A stretch of 64,000 bases of DNA, from assembly GCF_006345805.1 (NCBI RefSeq), contig NW_021831989.1, positions 1-64,000 on the forward strand. The letters run 5' to 3'. A program made the position numbers and the translations under genes. The DNA is from Octopus sinensis (Eukaryota). The notes under the pieces are model-generated. The model was not told the DNA's origin and searched no databases. It saw only the letters and a program-made list of their open reading frames with translations. Below are positions 54,505 through 64,000 of the stretch, one piece after another. The stretch's first letter is position 1. Every line of letters starts with the position of its first letter.

Positions 54505-56072
54505 ATGAACGATGAAAACAACTTTATGAAGACTCAAGATACACTAAATGAAGAGATGGTTTATTTATACAAATCAAATCCTTTTAGTCAGACAAGGGAG
54601 TCGTTTCTGATGTTGTAAATGATGTCGCAAATACCTTCAATTATGACCCTACTATTGCGATCGAAGGTTAAAACACAAGATACCTATTTTAAGGATTCAA
54701 TGACCCTTATGAGGACGTTGTGCCAATGGAAATGGAGTACTTCTTTGATGACTTTAAGAAAGACATTATAATCTTTTCCGAAGATTGGAAAGAATGCGCA
54801 TTCAATCTGTCCTTTTCGAGACATGCCAATTCGAGAATCTAAAGGACAGAATGCACGATATGTGGGATTCACTAGTCTTCAAAATAATTATTCGCCCCGG
54901 AAACGGAATGTCCACCCCAGGAGACTTTTTTGTAGCCAAAAGTCTATTTTATATTCTCAGATTTAGTAAAATATGAGGCATATTTGATGGGATTCCCGCT
55001 ACCTTACGACTCCAAGATCAGACGAGTCCGCCTCGGCAAGAGTTGATTGCTTTTGTAATTTGATTAGACTCAATGGGGCCCGGACTCGAATTGGGAATCA
55101 AGTCGATGGTCCGCGGGGAAGTTTCCGCGTTTTTACTTCACATAGACGTGGCATATGGTGACTACGAAATGTTCTCAGTGCTCCCTCCCAACTCTTATCG
55201 TTATGTTTGTTGTCTATTTTTAGTTTTATTTATAGTAGAAGTTTTGCAGTTTTATCCTGGAACTCCTGCGGATTCATATTACGAGCATCCATACGTATTT
55301 GGGGTTGTTGATTTGTAGAATGTTCGAAGGTATCTGCCATTTGCAGAGATCCAAGAAGTGATCCATCAGGAGAAAGCCGTAAGTTATTCAAATTTACATT
55401 TAGGAAGGCAATAAATGTTTCTCTCATGGAAAATTCTGGAAAGCTTATAGTCACTACGAGCGGGTTGACATTTTTGTTTATTCCAAGTCTCTCAGAGTGC
55501 TTTCAGAACGGCCCTTTCAAACCTTTTACGAGGAAGTACACTTGAAGAGGGTAAAGCAGGAATTGTTATGTAATTCTGCCTTGTGTTATTTCCGTCTGGA
55601 AGAGTACGAAAGTTGTCTCAATTGCTGCAAGATATGTCTTAAAATTGACGATAATTGCATCAAAGCTATGTACCGTTGTGGGAAAGCGTATTTGGCAATG
55701 GGGAAAAGAGAAAAGGGCATTAAATACTTGAAGAAATCTCTCAAATTGGAGCCCTACAACACTCAAATAGGGCGTGACCTTATTATTCTGGAGAAGGAGG
55801 CGCAAGTCAGAAAAGCGGAGGAGCGTGATTATTACAGGAAGGCGTTTGGACGGCATAAATTGGTCAAGAAAACTGAGGAAGATCAGAGTGATAGACAAGT
55901 TGATTCGGATTTTAAAGATTCGGTGTATGAGCTGTTGAATCAGCTCATTAAGCAAAGTGATTGTGATGATGTCGTTTTCTCTGATGTTTTTTCGCCCGCA
56001 GAACGCAATTTTATCGATAAAACGGCCGTGAAAATGAATTTCAAAACACAGAAGGTTTTTAATGGTGATTAA
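54505..56072 (+). CDS. FKBP6: FKBP6/Shutdown-like FKBP-TPR co-chaperone, multi-exon
   Basis: FENLKDRMHDM..VFKIIIRPGNG, VKYEAYL..PYDS, GLELGIKSM.RGE and LPPNS; TPR CNSALCY..KAMYRCGKA..EPYN; ERDYYRKAFG. Confidence 0.78.
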
Positions 56073-56359
56073 TCGTAGACTGACAACTCTCTTAAAGTTT
56101 TTAAGTTTAAATAATCGCTTTTGTTTCTTTTTATATATTTATTTAAATAAACGTTTTTGTTTATTTCAAGAATCCAGATCCTCAGTGATTTCTTTAATTC
56201 GCTTGTTTTCCCACAAACTTGCTTTCATTTTCTATTTCTCCGTCAAGGTTTATGTTCAGCTGAGTGTCGTCGCGACATGCCAGCTCCAAAAGTTGATTGG
56301 AGGCAGAGGCGTACTCTTCGTTGTCAATTTTACTTTGTGTCTGTGTTTAATGAGGATAC

Positions 56360-57410
56360 TCTCTAGCGTCCTCTTGAGCACAACCGACTGGATGTATGTT
56401 CTAGTTCCTTCTTCAATGGATAACTTATTCATATGACTTTTTAAGAACTTTGAGACAACTCCATCTCATGGCAAGACAATTAAAATAATTTCCACTTCAT
56501 AGAGGATCGACAGTTCGTTTGCAAGCAGTTCATAAATTTGAAAGGTACTTTTGTCGAAGTGGTCGCAGTTTTTTAGGCCTTTTAAAAATCTAATAATTTT
56601 GAGGTGGAATATATTATATTTTATTTAAGTCGCTCTATCAATAATTTAAAATATTATAAATTTTTTACTAATTTATTTTCTAATTTTTTTAATATTTGGC
56701 GAGCATGTACCTAATATTGATATAAACTGGCACTATAGGTCACATGGAAAATTCTGTTGTGGACTTATGCAACATCAAATTCCGACAGCTCCCAATAAGT
56801 AAGGGGATGCAGTGCATTTTTTTTTTTTTGGATCCAACGACGGGAGTGCACACCCGACAGTAGTAGAACGAATGTGGGAAGTGCAAAATGCAAGAATAAA
56901 GCTCAAAGAGGAGCTGTAAGACATCATCTGGGATCTTTATTCGCAGGTTTTTTTAGTTAGTTATTTTTTCAGAATTTATGTGGCGAAAACAAATACAGAA
57001 CATAAGGGATGTTTTGCACAGATTGTAAAAGACATAAATTCCTTCTACAGTCCTGGAATTTGGATGCCGCGTACTAAAAAGACTAAATTGGTTAAATAAA
57101 TTTTTAAATAATTTTAATAACCATTTAAATTATTGATAGAGGGTTATAATTAAATAATCTATTTTTCACTAAAAAAATTAATTAATTTAATTATCTTCTA
57201 AAAAACTGCGACCACTTCGACAAAAGTACCTTTTGAAATTTCTCGACTTCAACTTGCTTTAAACAATCTAGTTAGATAATGCCCACATTGATAAAATTTA
57301 TTTCTTTTTTCCTCTTGTCATACTAAAAAATATCAGGTTTATTGAATTGGACTTTCGTTTCAGTCATAATTTACGTGTCAACTCTGATTTCAACATTTTG
57401 GGTCGACATT
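56360..57410 (-). mobile_element. R4/Dong-like REL endonuclease fragment split by a Merlin MITE
   Basis: EIRVDT, NKPDIF and VEVEKF on one side of the MITE; YELLANEL and YIQSVVLKRTLESI on the other. Confidence 0.8.
56544..57230 (+). mobile_element. 687-bp Merlin MITE
   Basis: Same TIRs as 48768-51058; flanks atttgaaa and ttttgaaa match at 7 of 8 positions. Confidence 0.92.
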
Positions 57411-57869
57411 ATTTATACAATTAAATGCACATTCAATTTCCTGCATCGTTTAATTTCATACATTCGACATAAGTGAAGATGGATGCATTTAACCATTTCA
57501 TAATGTCTTAGGAGATAATCACTGTTTAGAATCCTACCGCAACGCGAGGCTAGATGGTCAACAGTCTATCCGAATAAAATACACGTCAAATAATTACATG
57601 AAAATTATAGAAAAAAGTTTAACAAAGAACAACTGGACTTTTTTATATCATACATCACTCTTAATGAAATATTTACTGCAATTATCAATATCAAAATCAA
57701 GTATCGCTTGAAATCTCGATCCAAGTTTGAATACATTAAAGAAAGTGAGATTCGACCCCGAAAAAGCCAAAATATACATATAATTTGATTTATTTCACAA
57801 ATCTAGGATTCATTTACTATGAAATCCGAAAGGGAGCTTTTAAAAAGGCAATCACAGATTAAATGAATT

Positions 57870-57970
57870 TAATGATTTTCATATATTTCGTTTTGATCCT
57901 TATGGTCAAATCCTTAAACTCATTAAAAATGTTTGGTCAAAAGTAAAAGCTCACGTGAGAAAAGGCATCT
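57870..57970 (+). mobile_element. Tc1/IS630-like DDE remnant
   Basis: PY..ILKLIKNVWSKVKAHVR resembles the SPDLNPIENVW motif. Confidence 0.4.
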
Positions 57971-58157
57971 CTTTTCTAAAAAAACCAAATTTTATTTAAA
58001 CAAGGAGAAAATTTGTCAATTAATAAGTAGCAAACACGGATACTTGAAAAAATACTTGTAGATAGAATAAAAACAATTACATCTAAAGATTATGTATAAT
58101 CACGATTTTTATATAGATCTAACTTTCTAAAATCTAATTTCTGATAAGCTTTATACG

Positions 58158-58195
58158 CCCCTAGGGAGGCGCGCCTCACTATTTGGAGACCTCTG
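58158..58195 (+). mobile_element. Solo hAT right end
   Basis: ccctagggaggcgcg...tttggagacctctg followed by ctcTAgaa. Confidence 0.55.
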
Positions 58196-59325
58196 CTCTA
58201 GAACACGGAATAAAAATTATTTACAAATTGCGATCCTGACACCAACGGTGCATCGTGTTTACGATAGGACATGAATTCATTTTTTGTAAACAGTGTATTC
58301 ATTTTTTATCATCCACGTTCAGTTCCGTTCAATACTGTTTCAGGAAATATTGACGTATAAGCAGCTGAACTTCATACACTCCCGAAAGCAGCAGTAAATG
58401 TTTTTAATTTAACTAAAGATAAATTTGAATTCAACTTCCCAAAAAGTTAACTTGGATTCTCCGAAATTGAGTGAATTTGATTGTTCGCGCGTTTGCCTCG
58501 CGACATAATATGTGTGAGAGAGCACTGATATGCACGAATGACATTTCTACAAGACTCAACGAAAGGAAACCTTCTAAAGAGTTTAGCACAAAAGTTTCTG
58601 AGATTATTCATTGTTGGCAAAAAGAGACTCTGAACGTGGTATTCCATATTTATGATTTGCTATTACAGAAGAGGAACATTGTCATTCTATTATGTCTTTT
58701 CCATTTCCGTCCTCATAACACATTTTTCAAATTAGGATTGGGGCCGGTGTTGTGTCGGCATAAGAGAAAATGTAAGTCATAAATTAACATTTATCGTGGC
58801 CTTGACAATAATTGGAGCTAAATAGGTTCAGTTGCTAGATGATCTCAGTTCTGAAAGAATCGGTGTCCAGTAGCGTGTGAATTGACACTGTTGGAAATGA
58901 ACTCATTCAAACGTACTATTTTGGTCTGTAATTGAAAGATGACTGGGCGTGTAATTTTGGTTTAGGTTTTTGCAGTTCATTTTAATTATCATGGAGATCT
59001 CAGGAGTCGCAGGAACACTCATTTAAGCTTTCATTAATTTCCACAACCTTAAAATAGCGAGAACAGCCGTGCAATTCTTACTTCGCAAATTTACTTCATC
59101 AGAGGCTCCTAAAAATAAAAATTTTAAAAAACTGAGAAAAACTTTAAGAATTGAAGAAATGTCCCTTTAGATAAATCTGTCGGAAAAATCACAAAGTTTA
59201 CCGAAGTCTAATGGAATAATTATGGAATTAAAATATTTAAAGGTTAAGGTTTAACACAACTAAATGACGGTCAGAGCGATAAAGAATTCGACTTTATTAG
59301 ATAAATGACTGGTGATTTGTGACAA

Positions 59326-60383
<1,058 letters not shown>

Positions 60384-60526
60384 TTACATAATAATACTCT
60401 TTTTTTACTATTTCATATTATTTAAATTCTTAAATATCTATATATCCCAAACAGAGAACTTCCTATTCATATCATTGAATTATTTTCTAAACCCACAAAT
60501 CAAGATATAATTAGTTATAAAAATTA

Positions 60527-61900
60527 ATGTGTGATCTTTTTTTGTTTAAGGCAATTAATGAACATGCTTTATCTTTGTACAATTATTATATCGGCCTTCT
60601 GGATTTGGAACCGTCCGCTTTTGATGAAATTGACAAATTTGTCAGGAAGCTGTTAATGGATCTAAATATTCATATGAAACCAGCCTGTAAGGAGAGGCTA
60701 TATTGCGAGGGACAACTTGGAAGAGGGCTTGTCTCGATTACCTTCAGGTCGGAAAAAATGCTGTTTGACTTTCGTGAAAATCTGGAGAGGCGAAAGATAA
60801 TCTCCCCCAGAAAGCAGCAATTCTGTGGGCCGAGCAAAAAGAAAGTCCCATATGACCACGATCACAGAATTCCCCCATTGTAAATATGGAACGACACCCA
60901 AGGAGAGATAACCAAATCACTGAATAGATTGCAGATTGATTCCTTACTGTCCAATATCAAGAAAAAACACTTCACTCGAAGCTATTTGAATCCCTTGATG
61001 ATAACAATTTTGATATTCAATCGTCTTCAACATGGTTTAAGAAAGGAAATATATCTCCTAAATCTGAAGCTATGTTTTCATTTCTTCAAGACAGGAATAT
61101 TTTTTTCAGAGACCCTAATTCAAAATGTCCACAATGTAAATCTTCCAATAAGACGGTTGATCACATGGCAACTAGATGCAACAGGATGCTTAATTCGGAT
61201 TATACGAGAAGACACAATGAAATTGTGAGATGCATCCACATGCACTTGTGTCGTAGATTTGGATTCAAAAAATCCAGAAGACTGAAAAATCACTCTGTTC
61301 AGAGTATTATGTGCAGCACCTTGGCAGAAATACGAGTTGATACAACAATTCCAACAGTGTTGAAAATTCAATATAACAAGCCCGACATTTTCCTCTACGA
61401 CAAAAGAGAGAACCTAATATGGCTTATTGAAGTGGGTGTGACTTCAATAGATAACCTAAAGAGTGTGGAAGTAGAAAAACTGCACAAATACGACATTTTA
61501 GCTAGTGAATTACAACTGATTCACAAGGCTAAGGTGAAGATTGTGCCAATTGTCATTACGTGGGATGAAATCGTTTCAACAATCTACCGCAAGTATATGG
61601 AGCTCCCTGGGATTGAAGAACGTGTTTGGTCTTACATCCAGACTGTAACGCTGAAGGCCACTCTGTAGAGCATGTTTGTCGAGTACAAACATGGCTTCAG
61701 TGAAATTCTGGACTCTGCAAATTCCGTAAATAGGAACTGGCGGAAATATAATTTCTCTATGAAGACCAGCAAGTTTCTTAGAGACCCAGAGACTGCACGC
61801 CCCAGGAGGAGATTGAGGATCATGGCGGGAAGATCAAAGTGGAGTTATGGGGAACTCGGAAAGCAAAAATTTGAGAGTCGTCTAATTATTAGTTTACCTT
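60527..61900 (+). mobile_element. 5'-truncated R4/Dong-like element (zinc knuckle plus REL)
   Basis: CPQC..TVDHMATRC, RRHNEIV, NKPDIF, IEVGVT and EVEKLHKY. Confidence 0.88.
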
Positions 61901-61949
61901 AATTACAATATTATGCATAGTAATAAAGGATTGTTCTTGTGGTGTACGG

Positions 61950-64000
61950 ATGGTTGGTTTTTCGCAGTCTGAAAAAATCATTCCTGGACGGATCCACAGA
62001 ATTTTAACAAATGGAACTCAAGAAAGTGTGGACCTGACAGTTCATGGTCATCCTGATGCCTCAGGCAATTGCAATTACGGACCCCCACAGACCCCTTCAA
62101 CTTTGATTCCCATGAAAGCTATTTGTGAGTCAATCGAATCTTCCAACCCTGGAGAATGGATGTCATCTCTATTGATTTGTGTCAAAGACCGTCTTAAACG
62201 AGTCCCCAGAGGAGGTTGGCCCCTCATTGCTACATATTTTAATTCTAAATTCGGAAAAAAGAAATCAATATATGAATTAAAGAAACTCGCTTCTGTCTTC
62301 GGGAATAGAAGCGAAATTTCCAAAAATGAAAATAGAACGAATAATAATTCCCCTGATTTGGCACTTTACAACAAGGTGCATGAGGAATTATTAATTCAAA
62401 TTGATGCAAATAATTCTAAAACAATCGATGCGAGGCAACAGACAAGGAAGATACCGTCTCAATATGTAAATCACGAGTTAATCGAAATAATAATAAATCA
62501 TTGATCGAATATACAACAAACAACCTACCTACAAGTATTGAAGATATTTCAACTCTGATATATTCCGCGCAATGTGTATATCAACAAATTACAATGAGAT
62601 CCAATTAAAACGAATTGGAAGCAGAGAATACAAAATAAAATGAGTCTTTGACTGAAAAAAATATATTAATATCAAAATACTTTATGTCTACTATCAAAGA
62701 CGAAGAAAAGAAGAAGTCATTGACATTTTATGTTCTTACAATTACATAAAATCCAAAAGGGGAGAATTTGAAAGAATCTCGACAACAATCACAGACCATA
62801 TTCGAATTCTAAACAAAAAGGTGTTTATTGCAGATTCAAGGCGACAATACGGAATTGATAATCGGAAGTTTGAGTTGAATCGAAGGTCGTTCTACAGAAA
62901 CCTCCATTCTAACTCTGATAATGCTCTGATTGATTGTTTCGACACATCTGATTGTCTCAAATTTTGGATGGACGTCTGGAAGAAAAAGGACAAAAATGAG
63001 TTAAGTTTTGGAGTGAATAAGAGAGTTACTGGTGCTGAGCACCATGACTCCGATATCAATGATGAGTTCATTTTAAACTTAATTGAACCTCTTCCTAACT
63101 GGAGAGCTCCGGGATGTGATTGTGTATACAATTTTTTCATAAAAAAATTGGATTCTCTTCACAAATTCCTATTTCAAGAAATCAGAAATATTATTAACGG
63201 AACTAGTCACCCGCAAATTGGTTTTATACTGGAATCACTTACCTGATCCCAAAGAAAGCAACCTTTATTGACCCCAAGGACCTCAGACCGATCACATGTA
63301 TGCCATGTTTGTACAAACTGGTTACAAAGTGTGTGAATGAAAAAATTGCAATATATGCCGACACTTACAACTTGATAACTGAGTACCAGCTTGGAACTAA
63401 CGACATTGTCAAGGAGCAAAAGAACTTGCACTTTTAAACAGATGCGTTAACAAAGCGCACGATAATAAATTATTTTGTGCATGGATCGACGTCAAGAAGC
63501 ATTTGACTCAGTTAGTCATGACTTTCTTGTTGAAATCCTCGAAAACTCTGGACTGCCTAATTGGATAACTAGTTTTATTATGTCAATTATTCCAACTGGA
63601 AAGTCTCTTTGAGATTGGGAAAAAACAGCTGGGAACTGTTAATATAGAACGTGGTATACTCCAAGGCGACTCTCTGTCGCCCCAATTATTTGTACTTGTT
63701 TTGGATCCGTTAAGTAGACTTTTATCTTCAAAATATCCAAATATATCGATAAATTCTGGTGACATTAATTCCTTAACCTTTTCTACAAATCACTTCCTAT
63801 TCATTGACGACTTGAAGCTATTGTCCAAAGAAGAGGAGACATTGGCGTGGATGATGGAAGATGTGAACTATTACTTTGAATCATCTGGTCTGGAGAGGAA
63901 CTTCGATAAATCAGCAACAAATAGTTACCTATTAAGAAATGATGGTAAATTGATGGATGGTCTGGACAGCTACAGATATTTGGGAGTTTTAGAAAACAGA
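61950..64000 (+). mobile_element. 5' and RT region of a second R4/Dong-like copy; runs off the window
   Basis: PNWRAPGCD, DLRPITC, DVKKAFDSV, RGILQGDSLSP, LFIDDLKL and YRYLG, with frameshifts. Confidence 0.88.

Noticed and set aside
58447-58782. Tc1 HTH or host ORF
   Set aside because: KLSEFD is suggestive, but the frame is broken and there is no supporting TIR.

Overview
Eukaryotic, AT-rich, gene-dense animal genomic DNA; not prokaryotic. Host genes are split by extremely short GT-AG introns, mostly 22-30 nt. This points by inference to a highly reduced parasite such as a dicyemid mesozoan. Recognisable host genes: a C2-domain (ferlin-like) N-terminus, ALDH3, MLF, a multi-PDZ protein, NXT, an atypical Rho GTPase, KIAA2013, actin, a membrane C-type lectin, ZNHIT1, ValRS, PHF5A, an intronless CK1-alpha, FKBP6/Shutdown, a glutaminyl cyclase, and a degenerate mitochondrial seryl-tRNA synthetase paralogue resembling SLIMP, which the ORF track misses. 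Much of the remaining sequence is decayed mobile DNA: at least four non-LTR lineages (CRE-like, R4/Dong-like REL, RTE-like, I/Jockey-like), hAT (Buster/GTF2IRD2-like), Merlin and integrase remnants. Several insertions keep clear TSDs and tails, including a LINE with twin-priming geometry and a four-element nest. I found no rRNA, tRNA or CRISPR array. Exon boundaries were read by eye and protein family calls rest on remembered motifs, not database searches.
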